Shown here: piece by piece, positions 21,901 to 30,427 of the stretch
Layout: every line of letters starts with the position of its first letter
How positions within the stretch are numbered: the first letter of the stretch is position 1
Virus record (IMG/VR): IMGVR_UViG_3300031227_000045
Location: 1 to 58,916 of that record
Length of the DNA stretch: 58,916 nt
DNA from: a virus
Lineage: Duplodnaviria; Caudoviricetes
Direction: 5' to 3' (one strand)
The notes under the pieces: generated by a model
Database searches by the model: none
Seen by the model: the letters and a program-made list of their open reading frames with translations, nothing else
What the model was told of the DNA's origin: nothing
Translations under genes and position numbers: made by a program

Positions 21901-22467
21901 TGTAGATAGGTGCGTAATTTCTTTTCGTAGGCCACTTAAAGCCCCAATGGATGTTCCAGTAACCTGAGATACTCTAACAAGTTCTCGTTGGAATTTAATA
22001 GCCTCTCCAACAGCACCGGAAATACTACGCAGTAAACCAAACACAACAGTAGTAGCAATAGTGAATCCAGCGAATCTACGAATAGCCAAACCAGATACAC
22101 GACCGAATTCTTCAATTTCATTTTTAGCTACTTTGGCAGCCTTACCGGTAGCTTTCAAACCACTAGCTGCTTTCTTAGCAGTAGTAGCTGTTTTAGCTAA
22201 TGGTGTAGTAGCGGTATGTACAGAAGCACCAAGTGCTTTTAGAGCCGCAGAAACTTTTGTTACTGAACTAGCAGTAGTCGCCAAAGTGGTATTAAATGAT
22301 GTAAAGGTTGTATCTAACTTTTTGATACTAGCACTGGCATTAGTATCGACCTTAATGGAAACAACACCTTTAACACCATTAATTTTACTTCTTAAGAGAC
22401 TAATTTGGCTATCAACATTGCCTAGTTTAGCATTGATTTGTGCTGTAAGATTAAAATTTGCTGCCAT
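15931..22467 (-). CDS. tail tape measure protein (TP901-like core), 2178 aa
   Basis: N-terminal Ala/Lys-rich helical core (ATTRESAESIATGLRTVFTRI); two GG..LxxGEYV motifs; Gly-rich hydrophobic segments; coiled coils. Confidence 0.9.
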   Translation of the reverse strand: MAANFNLTAQINAKLGNVDSQISLLRSKINGVKGVVSIKVDTNASASIKKLDTTFTSFNTTLATTASSVTKVSAALKALGASVHTATTPLAKTATTAKKAASGLKATGKAAKVAKNEIEEFGRVSGLAIRRFAGFTIATTVVFGLLRSISGAVGEAIKFQRELVRVSQVTGTSIGALSGLRKEITHLSTSLGVSSSQLIGVSRILSQTGLSASETKVALEALAKSDLAPTFSSIEKTAEGAVALMRQFKIGTEGLEKSLSSINAVAGKFAVESDDIIAAIRRAGGVFAAATKESDKGQKSLEQFIATFTSVRATTRESAESIATGLRTVFTRIQRGSTIRNLEKMGITLTDVEGKFVGAYDAINILGNELKSLDPRESRFSKIAEQLGGFRQISKVIPLIQQTETRMKALAVAQQGYNSLTRDSLTAQEAWEIQLKRVKEEFIALVREISNTQTFSVLISGIIQATRQLVQFAEAFKGLLPLITAFALVKGIGISKMFLSRRGFPSGLKGTEVPGSPKGFKGGGYVSSGSGMRDDVPAKLGKGEYVIQQKAVSAVGRPYLEALNRYGVGGETKPNIPVKAGAKRRAAIGPKIDRPLMKERMVGGALLKPPSPTDNTVTARAQNVSYLNGENKTYRLVRAGIPKSIAESTHGIFSKGVVASVKDAAKSFAGTELSTKIGTDVGLIKSLDIDSLGGHLFEGMLRTVGQQGIFDSGANDENPGNFDFTGNFFSSQGKLGTYFNKLKSIKYIDAKYSMNSAKPGEFQKKIENQLNFEKSHNEKRGTMGGNIPKAESARAKAIRIKSEDVTNARLKRLGKPPKFIRASTGGSVNALLTKGEYVMGSGPAGKLGKSFMDDLNNVHKFHDGGLVGYTDGGRRERIDNIVQNLPPNAIYAALEKIKAEKAKRAQPITNKEAQRQARLANAKRANRQKELAKRWGSKDVEKGVERYQKAERPRSVSVSDIHHVPVNYGQQQWTDDFNRRQAANKGAAPSPPPVRRVASTRPPHPSTHLPPGGRVSSTSPPPIMPPGSRGVVPSTSPPHQMPPPAPAPRNAIMMPTQGRIGPQELRAKTQQQAAALPFQGHKSVAVGRDVLGKMNISDKAYQAGMHAFVRKLKDTTNKVQKEGALTDALNKGRQAAIQAEKEYTKKTSRGSKLHALKNRFLSGKSGTSVALNKFTDRIGGVATFAAPMLASQFDPKGESSITQAFGGGIGTGGMASMLGLGPMGAVAGGIMGAATGIKGARTARATSKAEMILARTTKALNAAFEKLLATGSIEELQTSFGGLGKVIQTQEKAVSEASQTSYGSMFGKKIGEGTEDIDRFTYGQAVVTTALSPETLPDKMGLTYIGDMFRGAKKIVTKFGGTGLDFNTMGKNAAADLQTNVRNRKDAGNALRLENLKQNLAGSTGAVEKALSLRGETTLGEEGLKKDKALAALGLKTANIAKAVKDFGTWEITDELGKLTKLGRFLRGEGEKNMGKILEETALRKKLDTAMQANIKVLDALVTRFETMSAIMDRAAAAGGGATEDIRLMNAQRSGGVGVRNFAAGQQNVFANPRAFTPGQYDDASQRLITRMGGPGGSTSQAVEIAQGGKRLQDGLEKIIGEVLAKIEAGGPPLAGENPEGLVIEAITNNFSGSVPKEILDIVITNIKKQVNSNKGNVDFKDIFNQGNLSKVVAPAKQAAQDMLAKNVDVEMGMREKFITDYAVEATRELKQRAKMAAIQSDGITKQNQLSKSFGIVLSSTQQLEPFVARMRGLTKSGGIAGGTTNQQEIERKMQSLEGRKTNLTAAGKYFAEQGKWKEEAIMIRELAGVNFQLQANRMALDTLSKDTVRLSTIQSEIAQINKRRDEGNKSMLDLMSGGFKDRAKFQQKINLIGKFIQTGGKGMSEKQQAQAVKGMEEIRPMASTVHPGRENEINNVIGSFKAMATTAGYASRLGIPRNNMSTAAQAGAQRNFQLLGSGPAGVEEYLRDRPLPEHVKARIRENPAEQARKERLNAQGWGGTEAGRIGMDLGVDAARIKQDEARNLVRSQTQLAEALFKLDRLPNVLEKVEQRLAEQNAVMMGSNIPVSRPSQQNILPQNPIAPPGLQQAPPPLTPQAQFEKDFLDAARGGPESGQGASIQTPDKIEMVCRHTFDVNVNGLGGLEGGLKAQMEEVVNNQIKGWIDPLTTELRVNPTYNA

Positions 22468-22480
22468 ATTATATACCTAG

Positions 22481-22526
22481 AAAAAAAGGTTATACCGGTA
22501 GAACGCTAATTCTTCCGGTATAACCT
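22481..22526 (-). terminator. intrinsic terminator-like hairpin directly upstream of the tape measure gene
   Basis: AGGTTATACCGG..CCGGTATAACCT 12-bp stem followed by a T-tract on the - strand. Confidence 0.75.
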
Positions 22527-22537
22527 ATGTCCACGAT

Positions 22538-23410
22538 TTATTCAGATTGAGATGCTTCTTCAGAAACATCACTTGGTGCAGGAGAAATGTCAACAACAAC
22601 AGGATTACCGTCTTCATCTAAGAATGGTAAAGATTCATCAACTACTAATCTACCATCATCATTTAGGATATTACCATCTTCATCAATACGACAATTATCT
22701 TCATTAACTAAATTACCCTCTTCGTTAATTAGTTTTCCGTCTATATCAACGTATCTACCATCTTTGCGAATCAAACGGAGATTTTTATCCACAAACTTAA
22801 AGGTTTTCAAAAAGGCATTTTCAGGCAACTTTTCTTCAAAATTGTCTTCCACTCCCCATTTAATAGTCGCATACTTCATAGATGCGGCCATGGCAATTGC
22901 GGGAATGTCAGGATTTAAGTATTCACCTATATCCTTCCAGACCCTTTCTCCAGTATCATTATACACCGTACACCCTGCAATCAAATAATTATACCTTGCT
23001 TCTTCTGCCTGAGATTCAGCAGTCATATTTTCCAACTGGGTTTCAATGGTGAGCAATTCTCTTAATTCATACCGCCACTTTCTCATTTCAATAGCTAGGG
23101 AACGAGCTTCAGCTAAAGAAAAGCCTCCTTTTGCCAGTTTAACTTCGGCACCATGTAAATTGGCGCGTAATTCTGTAACCTTAGCTTCTTTATTGTCGTC
23201 CCATAACCCTTCGTCTTTAACAAAATCTGCCAACTTGAGATGCAGAATAGCACCACTTTTGCGCGCTGTATTCCAAGTACGGTTATAGATAGCCTTTGCT
23301 TCTTCCAACTGTTCCACTGAAGGGTTTACAATCTTACACACTATCTGATGTTCTACCTTCTCACTATCGGTATATGTAGTTTCAAATGTGCGCTTTAATT
23401 CCTTAGTCAT
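22538..23410 (-). CDS. putative tail assembly chaperone
   Basis: Located between tail tube and tape measure genes; helical N-terminus; C-terminal (D/N)xxG 7-aa repeats. Confidence 0.5.
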   Translation of the reverse strand: MTKELKRTFETTYTDSEKVEHQIVCKIVNPSVEQLEEAKAIYNRTWNTARKSGAILHLKLADFVKDEGLWDDNKEAKVTELRANLHGAEVKLAKGGFSLAEARSLAIEMRKWRYELRELLTIETQLENMTAESQAEEARYNYLIAGCTVYNDTGERVWKDIGEYLNPDIPAIAMAASMKYATIKWGVEDNFEEKLPENAFLKTFKFVDKNLRLIRKDGRYVDIDGKLINEEGNLVNEDNCRIDEDGNILNDDGRLVVDESLPFLDEDGNPVVVDISPAPSDVSEEASQSE

Positions 23411-23412
23411 AA

Positions 23413-23778
23413 TTACTCTCCTTTTTGCTTAATAATAAAATCAGTTTTGTATTTATTAAATGTAATAGTGTAGTTAGCAACTTCCTCTAATGCAGACCTC
23501 TTCTGTACATTTCCTTTGTCTAATATGGTTGTTCGTAATTCCAACCACAAGGCATACATTTGTTTTTCATCATCTGTTTTATCTTCTAGGGGCTTGTCGT
23601 GTCCCCACAAAAATCCAAACACATCTTCACATGCGGAAATGGCTCCTATCATGGAAGTTTGCATTTTTTTGCCTATAGTATTCATAAGGCGTTTGCGCGA
23701 ATATAAAATAGCGCGCTCTGCATTCAAACGTTTCGCCTCATCATGTATACGTTGTAATGATACGTGATTATCCGACAT
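23413..23778 (-). CDS. hypothetical tail-module protein
   Basis: Coupled ORF within the tail operon. Confidence 0.6.
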   Translation of the reverse strand: MSDNHVSLQRIHDEAKRLNAERAILYSRKRLMNTIGKKMQTSMIGAISACEDVFGFLWGHDKPLEDKTDDEKQMYALWLELRTTILDKGNVQKRSALEEVANYTITFNKYKTDFIIKQKGE

Positions 23779-24821
23779 TATTGTTTTCCTTTCTGCTTAA
23801 TAGCTTCACTAGCTTGACGCTGTGCTTGCATTGAAATATCTCGTTTAGTATCTGGCATATCCATTTCACTAATCTCACCTTGTCTCTGAATATGCTCGGT
23901 GCGCAATCTGTGTTTAGCTCTTGCCTCTAATGTATTTTGTGCAAAAATTTTATTAGCATCTTCTTGGGTTTTTGCTGGAATACCTATTTCTCCAGCTCCC
24001 CTCTTACCAATTGTAGACATAGTTTTTTCTTTTTGCTGTTGTTCAGATTCTTTTCTTTGTGATATTATCCATCCATCTAAGATGTCGTCATCATTAATAA
24101 TGTCATCTGTAGGACATTCAGGATTTTTATGAATATTATCATAAAACTTACTGTATGATATGATATGGTCTAATAATTCACCACCAACATGGGGTGTAAT
24201 TGTATTTTTGTATGCTGTCCAATATGACACCCAAGGAGTAGTACGAGCTAGTTCTCTATATTGTTTTTCAGTAACCGTCTGAAGCATATAGGAATGTGCA
24301 ATATGTTCTAATAAATAGCTGTCGCAATCTTTCGGATTCTGCCATAACAAATCGTGATTACTATCACATATAGTACGAACATATATAAAATAGTTACGCA
24401 TGTGTTCGGCCAACCCCTCTAATGTATAAGTATCAAGTTGATAACGACGCGCATACATTTCATTTTGTTTCTTCTTCGTCATCTCTAATTGTTTGCGCAA
24501 TTTTTGATGTTTTTTGTTATCGCCAAAAATAGTATTATACAACTGTAATTTTAAATTATCAATAGATTCATTTATAGTATCGAAGTTTTTATCACCACCT
24601 AATGTCCATAAACCATTGCTAACCAATAACAATAAAGCTCTATGTTTAGTTAGACAGTCATCATATTTATGTTTATCTATAATGGTATTATAAAATTCGT
24701 ATGATTGATATAATACAGACTGGCTTGGTTCTTGAACAAGATATTGTGTGCCGTCTACAGTACAAATCGTATAATGAGACAAAATACGATGTACTATATT
24801 AGCTCTCTGATGTGTTTCCAT
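23778..24821 (-). CDS. hypothetical protein, possible tail assembly chaperone
   Basis: 347-aa helical ORF with PECP..DIINDDDILDGW; lies between tube and tape measure genes. Confidence 0.5.
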   Translation of the reverse strand: METHQRANIVHRILSHYTICTVDGTQYLVQEPSQSVLYQSYEFYNTIIDKHKYDDCLTKHRALLLLVSNGLWTLGGDKNFDTINESIDNLKLQLYNTIFGDNKKHQKLRKQLEMTKKKQNEMYARRYQLDTYTLEGLAEHMRNYFIYVRTICDSNHDLLWQNPKDCDSYLLEHIAHSYMLQTVTEKQYRELARTTPWVSYWTAYKNTITPHVGGELLDHIISYSKFYDNIHKNPECPTDDIINDDDILDGWIISQRKESEQQQKEKTMSTIGKRGAGEIGIPAKTQEDANKIFAQNTLEARAKHRLRTEHIQRQGEISEMDMPDTKRDISMQAQRQASEAIKQKGKQ

Positions 24822-24993
24822 CGGCTTTATTATCTTTAGAAAAATCCAAAATTTTGCCTTCTAACTCCTTGATTTTTTCGTCCTTGGTAACAATAAGTTG
24901 CTGTAAATGATTAAGCATTTGTGTACCGTTATAACCTTCTACATATAATTGTCCTATAACTTCATACAATTGTTTAGCGCGTTGTGGTTCCAT
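24799..24993 (-). CDS. small coiled-coil protein
   Basis: AGGAG Shine-Dalgarno upstream; heptad pattern. Confidence 0.6.
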   Translation of the reverse strand: MEPQRAKQLYEVIGQLYVEGYNGTQMLNHLQQLIVTKDEKIKELEGKILDFSKDNKADGNTSES

Positions 24994-25135
24994 GTTTTTC
25001 TCCTAAGTAATAAAAAAAGGTCAGAAGTTATACTCGACTGCCTGCCAAGGAAGCCTATCGCATTTCTTCTGACCCAGAGATTAATTTAACAGAGATGTAC
25101 ATAATCTCTGAGTCCTAAAAACTCGTCCTAAATTG

Positions 25136-25164
25136 AAAAAGGGGCACAGTTACCTGTACCCCTT
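25136..25164 (-). terminator. intrinsic terminator after the tail tube gene
   Basis: - strand AAGGGGTACAG-GTAA-CTGTGCCCC followed by TTTTT. Confidence 0.8.
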
Positions 25165-25171
25165 AATCGAA

Positions 25172-26329
25172 TTATCCGCCTAAGTAAGTTGCTCTATCGG
25201 TCCACCATGCACTACCGGATGCATTGGGGTCACCGCTATGAACTACAGTAAAGTCATTAAACGTAGTAAATGAGTATGTTACTGCCACATTACCACCACC
25301 AGCATCACCACCAGAGTAATTTACAGATGCCAACTTGTTCTTAGTACCCAAGTAAATTCGAGTACCTTCGCAAGTTGCAATACGAATAGTGCGGTCAACC
25401 AGATTGCTCTTTTCAGCGCAAACTCCTGTACCGGTTCCGTAAATACCTGCTTCGGTTGCTGAGACCATATCACCAGAGATAGAAGTAACTTCAATCTCAG
25501 TAGTAACTTCCACTGGGAATGTTACAACACGGTGATAAGGACCACGACGACCCAACTCATTAATTTGTTCACGACCAAAATCTACAGATATAGTAATGCT
25601 ACTCATGTGAGCACCATATACATCTGTAGCTGCATCTAGTTCATTAGTTCCAGAAGAGCTAATACCATATACATCTGGTGGGAACAAACAAAAATCGACT
25701 GTACCATTAGTACCGTCAAAAGTTAAGTCTTGTCGTCTATTGACACCGCCTGTACCTATTGGGGAATCGTTATTGCCGTCAAGTTGACCAGCCATATCAA
25801 TGTTGTCCCAATCTAAGGTATCATCAGTGTTAGTCAGATGGACGTTGCCAGCTTTCCATAATTTATGATTACCAACCAAAGTACACTCTTCAGTAAAGTT
25901 ATCATCTAGTGGAAAGGAATAGGTTACTGAACCAATATACATACCAGAACATGCTAGTACTGAATTAGGAACAGTGGTTGATGCAGCACTGGTTTCGGTA
26001 TCCGGCCAAATACCTAAACCAAATTTACATTTAGCGTTTGAACGTCCAGCTAGTGTTGGCAATACAGCATCTACTGTAGACAAATGAAACATTAAAGGAC
26101 TACCATCAAGTAGCTTACTTAAAGATACTTCAACATCTGGTAATTCTTCAATATTTTCATAAATTGCTTGCTGCCCAAGCTGGAAAGCTTGAGTCAAGTT
26201 ATAATTGGTGCTTACAGAAGCATTTTGAAGTCCCTTAACCACTGCATTCGCAGTATCAAAGTCCCAATCGCCGCCGTCGCCTTCAATCATAGCTTGTTGA
26301 ACAGCATAATAAATGCGTTTATTAGCCAT
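25172..26329 (-). CDS. major tail (tube) protein
   Basis: Own upstream motif, strong SD and terminator; Gly/Thr/Asp-rich; REQINELGRRGP motif; upstream of chaperones and tape measure. Confidence 0.7.
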   Translation of the reverse strand: MANKRIYYAVQQAMIEGDGGDWDFDTANAVVKGLQNASVSTNYNLTQAFQLGQQAIYENIEELPDVEVSLSKLLDGSPLMFHLSTVDAVLPTLAGRSNAKCKFGLGIWPDTETSAASTTVPNSVLACSGMYIGSVTYSFPLDDNFTEECTLVGNHKLWKAGNVHLTNTDDTLDWDNIDMAGQLDGNNDSPIGTGGVNRRQDLTFDGTNGTVDFCLFPPDVYGISSSGTNELDAATDVYGAHMSSITISVDFGREQINELGRRGPYHRVVTFPVEVTTEIEVTSISGDMVSATEAGIYGTGTGVCAEKSNLVDRTIRIATCEGTRIYLGTKNKLASVNYSGGDAGGGNVAVTYSFTTFNDFTVVHSGDPNASGSAWWTDRATYLGG

Positions 26330-26377
26330 TGTAAAAAAGTCTCCTTTAAAGGATTAAAATCTTTGCTGATGTACATC

Positions 26378-26387
26378 ATTATACACC
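26378..26387 (-). promoter_or_regulatory. candidate late promoter GGTGTATAAT
   Basis: Intergenic copy of the recurring RGTGTATW motif, about 50 nt upstream of the tail tube ATG. Confidence 0.55.
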
Positions 26388-26393
26388 GTTAGC

Positions 26394-27368
26394 CTATGAA
26401 CCGCCTAAAACTATCTCCATCGTCATGCGTACAACACCTTCGAAAAGCTTAGGGTATAATGTATCTATTTCTGAAACGACTGCATTTCGCATATAACACT
26501 GATTCCATTGATATCCACCATTTGTAATAGTGTCCACTAGGTCAGTATACATTTTTGTACCAACTAATGCCCCATCCATATCTAGCGGCCATCCACTACC
26601 AGCATTAACCAAGTTGGTATCAAACAACCAAATAGCCCTATCAGATTGTTGTCGTATAATATCTACAATATTATTGCGCGAATATCTACTATCTGATACC
26701 ACATGAAATAACACATCCTGTTGGATAACCAAAGAGCCACTACCCATTTCAAATGCCCTAGACGTACCTCTTGAAACACCCTCAATAATAACAACTGGTA
26801 GCTGTACCCTATGTTGTCCACCTATAGACCATTCTCCACTATCAGTTTCAGAGATTTGAACATCATCACTTCTATATGACCTAAACTGTAATTCTCTAAA
26901 CCATGGCACATCATCTGCTACATAAACTTGTACATTTCTATATGCATGAGTAGTCTTAACTGTTGAGGTAGTTGCAATAGCAGTATCAAATACAATGCGC
27001 CCCAATGGATAATTGATTGAATATGACTCAGCAGTAGCTACACCACCAACTGTTGGAGTTCCAACACCGGACGGATTTTGAGTAGCACTATCTACATCAG
27101 AATAATTAACACCTGTTTCCCATACCCAGTCTTTGCGCATACCCTGCCAAACCTGTCCATCAGTGTATGATGGGTCTTCAACCATTCTAAGTTGACTAGT
27201 ATCTCCATCCCATATATCTGCCTGTGTATTAGAGATGTCTACCCAGCCGCCTATTTTTAGCATAGACCAATCAAGATATGACTTAAGATTAACCTCAAGC
27301 ATATTGATTAACTGGTCATTACCAAAGTGTGTTACACCTTTGAAATCAGTAGCAGTTGTAGTAGACAT
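26394..27368 (-). CDS. putative tail terminator/completion protein
   Basis: Directly upstream of tail tube; LPVVIIE and QDVLFHV beta pattern. Confidence 0.5.
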   Translation of the reverse strand: MSTTTATDFKGVTHFGNDQLINMLEVNLKSYLDWSMLKIGGWVDISNTQADIWDGDTSQLRMVEDPSYTDGQVWQGMRKDWVWETGVNYSDVDSATQNPSGVGTPTVGGVATAESYSINYPLGRIVFDTAIATTSTVKTTHAYRNVQVYVADDVPWFRELQFRSYRSDDVQISETDSGEWSIGGQHRVQLPVVIIEGVSRGTSRAFEMGSGSLVIQQDVLFHVVSDSRYSRNNIVDIIRQQSDRAIWLFDTNLVNAGSGWPLDMDGALVGTKMYTDLVDTITNGGYQWNQCYMRNAVVSEIDTLYPKLFEGVVRMTMEIVLGGS

Positions 27369-27376
27369 ATGAATCC

Positions 27377-28015
27377 TTAAAATGCTTTGGCGAATAATTG
27401 ATTTAATTTATCATTGGCAGATTTGATAGCTCTAGTAGTCCAATTGTTTTCTTCGTTACCTCTATATTGACTAGGTACACTCCATCTACCAGACTTTTTA
27501 CTTCTCATTATCTTAGTACCAGCACGTCCATGAAAAAGACCACCTTCAACAATAATGTAATCTTTAATAATAATTGCATCACCAGCTAATAATAACCAAT
27601 GTAACCAATGTAAGTCTTCGCCCTTTTCAGTTATTTGATAAGCTTCTGTTAAACTCATAACATCTCTAAAGTCAGACCTTATAGCTTGAACTGTCAATCC
27701 ACCAGTAATATTACCACCTACATATTTAAACTTCTTAGTTGTTATCATAATGGTATCAAGCCATTTGTCGAGAATAACACTAAGTTTCCAAACCCCATCT
27801 GGAATACCAAAGTGTTCGCGCAAGTCACCACCTACAATAGAGTTATATTCATCTTGATTAGTTAAGGCTACCCTAAGAACAGCGGGAAGATTCTGCTTGA
27901 TGTATATAGCAGCCTTGGCTAATTTTATATTCAACTCTACTAATAAAGCTTTCATTATCTGCTGTTTAATTTGGGCAGGTGTTTCAAGAAGAGTTACTGT
28001 TATTCCTAATGACAT
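27377..28015 (-). CDS. putative neck/tail completion protein
   Basis: Position in the neck cluster; basic composition. Confidence 0.45.
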   Translation of the reverse strand: MSLGITVTLLETPAQIKQQIMKALLVELNIKLAKAAIYIKQNLPAVLRVALTNQDEYNSIVGGDLREHFGIPDGVWKLSVILDKWLDTIMITTKKFKYVGGNITGGLTVQAIRSDFRDVMSLTEAYQITEKGEDLHWLHWLLLAGDAIIIKDYIIVEGGLFHGRAGTKIMRSKKSGRWSVPSQYRGNEENNWTTRAIKSANDKLNQLFAKAF

Positions 28016-28016
28016 A

Positions 28017-28568
28017 TTATGAGCTTCGTTTCCACATGGCTACAACAAAATTACTTGCGCCCAAACCACATGGTTGAGGCTCTCCTATTCTAGTAAATCT
28101 TAATTCAACACTAGTTTCAACATCAGTGTCAAAAATAATCTCGTTAGCTCTACGCAACTTATCATATGTAGTTGAAAATTTACTAAGTGTTTGGGCAAAC
28201 GAATCTTTGGTGTTAGATGATGCAGATGCTACTGATGAACCAATACCACCCAATTTCATCCACAGTTTCATATCCCAAATGACTGCTAAATATACTTCTT
28301 CTGTTTGTTCGTCTTGTGTACGACCCTTACCATGACAATATGGACACATTTGACCATTGGGAAATGCTACTGGGCCACCAGCAGTATATCTATTTGAAGA
28401 CTTACCTCCCATAACATCAAAGTCACAGTTAGGGCAGTCTGTCCACTTAGTTTCACCATAGTATAGGCGACAGGGCACAGTAAGAGCAGTGTCCTCTAAG
28501 AGTGCGTCTATAGCATCTTTATGGAGGTCTTTAAAACTAGATGTAATAATACCGTCAAATAAACCCAT
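28017..28568 (-). CDS. putative head-closure/neck protein with Zn-binding motifs
   Basis: CPNC and CPYCHGKG; neck-cluster position. Confidence 0.5.
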   Translation of the reverse strand: MGLFDGIITSSFKDLHKDAIDALLEDTALTVPCRLYYGETKWTDCPNCDFDVMGGKSSNRYTAGGPVAFPNGQMCPYCHGKGRTQDEQTEEVYLAVIWDMKLWMKLGGIGSSVASASSNTKDSFAQTLSKFSTTYDKLRRANEIIFDTDVETSVELRFTRIGEPQPCGLGASNFVVAMWKRSS

Positions 28569-28586
28569 TATTTTATACCTTCGCTA

Positions 28587-28790
28587 TTATGCATCAGTAT
28601 CACCCTGATAATAACGTGGGTCGTCAAAACGAGCGTCCCAAGTAGTAGTATAGGTTGCATTACTAATAGTTGTTCCCTTATCAATAGTTTTATACACTCC
28701 ACCACCTGGACCCTGTGCGTTAACCACTACAGTACCACGTTTTTGTGTACCGCTAGCATTGCCCGCACAATCAAATATATCATTAGCCAT
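28587..28790 (-). CDS. small hypothetical virion protein
   Basis: Co-oriented ORF filling a gap in the neck cluster. Confidence 0.55.
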   Translation of the reverse strand: MANDIFDCAGNASGTQKRGTVVVNAQGPGGGVYKTIDKGTTISNATYTTTWDARFDDPRYYQGDTDA

Positions 28791-28796
28791 TATTAA

Positions 28797-29309
28797 TTAT
28801 CTCCCGTTATAGTATGTACCGATATTAGAAAGTGATTGTGGGCTAAAGTTATTTCCAACAAATGGACTTAAAATAGCTCTACAAATGTTTCCGCTACCAA
28901 AATTATAATCATATCGCATGACCTCGTATGCTGCACAAGGCCCCTTATTTAACAGGTCTTTAAAACCTGGTAGTCTATCTACAGTTTCTAATATAGCCGG
29001 ACCACATCTTGCCTTAATACCCGCTCGCAGAGCCTCTGTTCTAAATGTAGATTGGTCCATTAAACATGCGGCCTTCATTACCACAAAGTTCATATATGTA
29101 GTATCAGAGCCATCCACTGGGTCAGGGGTAATAGAGCAGGAAGAAATACTCACAGTATACGAATTACCATAAGACACATCCATAGGGAATAAATGGGCGG
29201 CGACTATGAGCATTTTTTCTAGGCGACCATCTGAGTATGTTGGAGTCTCACCCAGGTCGCTTATAAGAGCCCTTAAAATGGGCACCATTTCATCTTGCCA
29301 ACTTGCCAT
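28797..29309 (-). CDS. putative head-tail adaptor
   Basis: LRALISD..TYSD.RL N-terminal pattern typical of adaptor proteins; position. Confidence 0.55.
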   Translation of the reverse strand: MASWQDEMVPILRALISDLGETPTYSDGRLEKMLIVAAHLFPMDVSYGNSYTVSISSCSITPDPVDGSDTTYMNFVVMKAACLMDQSTFRTEALRAGIKARCGPAILETVDRLPGFKDLLNKGPCAAYEVMRYDYNFGSGNICRAILSPFVGNNFSPQSLSNIGTYYNGR

Positions 29310-29310
29310 A

Positions 29311-29616
29311 TTATTTATCCGATAGTTTGAGAATGCCGTCGCCCTCTATGATTGCGCCGGTGCTTGTTGTTACCTTAACTTCAACTCTATAGCGATTACA
29401 TGCTGTACCACCGGCAATCCACATTGTCACCGTTTGGGCAACAATAGTGGGACTGGTGATAGTAAGGTCTGTGGTTCCGCCACCTAGCATTTCAGATGTT
29501 AGGGTTGTTATTGATGCAATGGTTTCTCCGGTGACCATAAGGTTCTGGAAATTTAAGGTATATTGTCGAACCTCCGAGGGTTGTTTCATTAGTTGCTTGG
29601 TAGCTTCTACACTCAT
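29311..29616 (-). CDS. small Ig-like virion protein
   Basis: KQPSEVRQY..F...GETI..WIAGGT..YRV; all-beta 101 aa. Confidence 0.5.
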   Translation of the reverse strand: MSVEATKQLMKQPSEVRQYTLNFQNLMVTGETIASITTLTSEMLGGGTTDLTITSPTIVAQTVTMWIAGGTACNRYRVEVKVTTSTGAIIEGDGILKLSDK

Positions 29617-30401
29617 GATTGTGTCCTATTATCATTAGATTGAAATTCAATAAATTGTTTTTTTGTATTATGTTTAATACCATATATGCTATGAAATTTG
29701 CGATGACAACTATTACATAAAGTAATACCATTATTTATATCTGTACGTTTTTCTTTACACCAATGAAAACCATCTAAATGATGTACAACAATCTTTCTAT
29801 TACTGTTACATAAAATACATTTATAATTATCTCTTTTCATAGTATTATGAATAAATTCTGGATAACCTTCAATAGAAATGCTCCTATGCTCTTGTGCTTT
29901 AAATCTATCTTTTTTGGTTAAATCATGATTATAATTATGGTGGGCTTTGCCATATTTCCAAACTTTATGTTTCAAAGTACATATTTTACATAAACCATAT
30001 TTTCTTTTAGTCTTGGATAAAATTTCAGTTGTAGTAGCCGTGAATATCATCTGGCATTTTGGACACCTACAATTCCAATAAGTTGCAGCAAATTTTTTGG
30101 TTTTTTCCTCATTTTTATCAATAACAATCGCCCCGTCTCCAAATATTACCCCGGTGACATCTTTTCTTTTTCTTATTTTATTCGCACAAATTCTACATCC
30201 ATTTTGTTGTTTAATAGCATGTGTTCTCAATTTAAAGGTTTGACCACATTTACATTCTGCTAACCACATAGCACAATTAGAATTACCAGAACCTAAATAT
30301 GCAATAATTACACATCCATCACCAAATTTAGTACCAATTTTATTTTTAGTATGTTTACTCTTGGGAATATATGATTTGGCCATCATTACTTCATCTAACA
30401 T
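29613..30401 (-). CDS. HNH homing endonuclease
   Basis: Repeated W..C.CG / WNCRC modules; RDNYKCILC..VHHLD..NGITLCNSCHRKFH. Confidence 0.85.
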   Translation of the reverse strand: MLDEVMMAKSYIPKSKHTKNKIGTKFGDGCVIIAYLGSGNSNCAMWLAECKCGQTFKLRTHAIKQQNGCRICANKIRKRKDVTGVIFGDGAIVIDKNEEKTKKFAATYWNCRCPKCQMIFTATTTEILSKTKRKYGLCKICTLKHKVWKYGKAHHNYNHDLTKKDRFKAQEHRSISIEGYPEFIHNTMKRDNYKCILCNSNRKIVVHHLDGFHWCKEKRTDINNGITLCNSCHRKFHSIYGIKHNTKKQFIEFQSNDNRTQS

Positions 30402-30427
30402 ATTATTGTCCTATCTAATATAGCCCC

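Noticed and set aside
22538-24993. Programmed -1 frameshift in tail chaperones
   Set aside because: The genes have their own starts and stops, and I could not identify a convincing slippery site joining frames.
25172-29616. Contractile tail sheath/baseplate wedge genes
   Set aside because: No ORF of suitable size or motif is recognisable; siphovirus morphology remains an inference.
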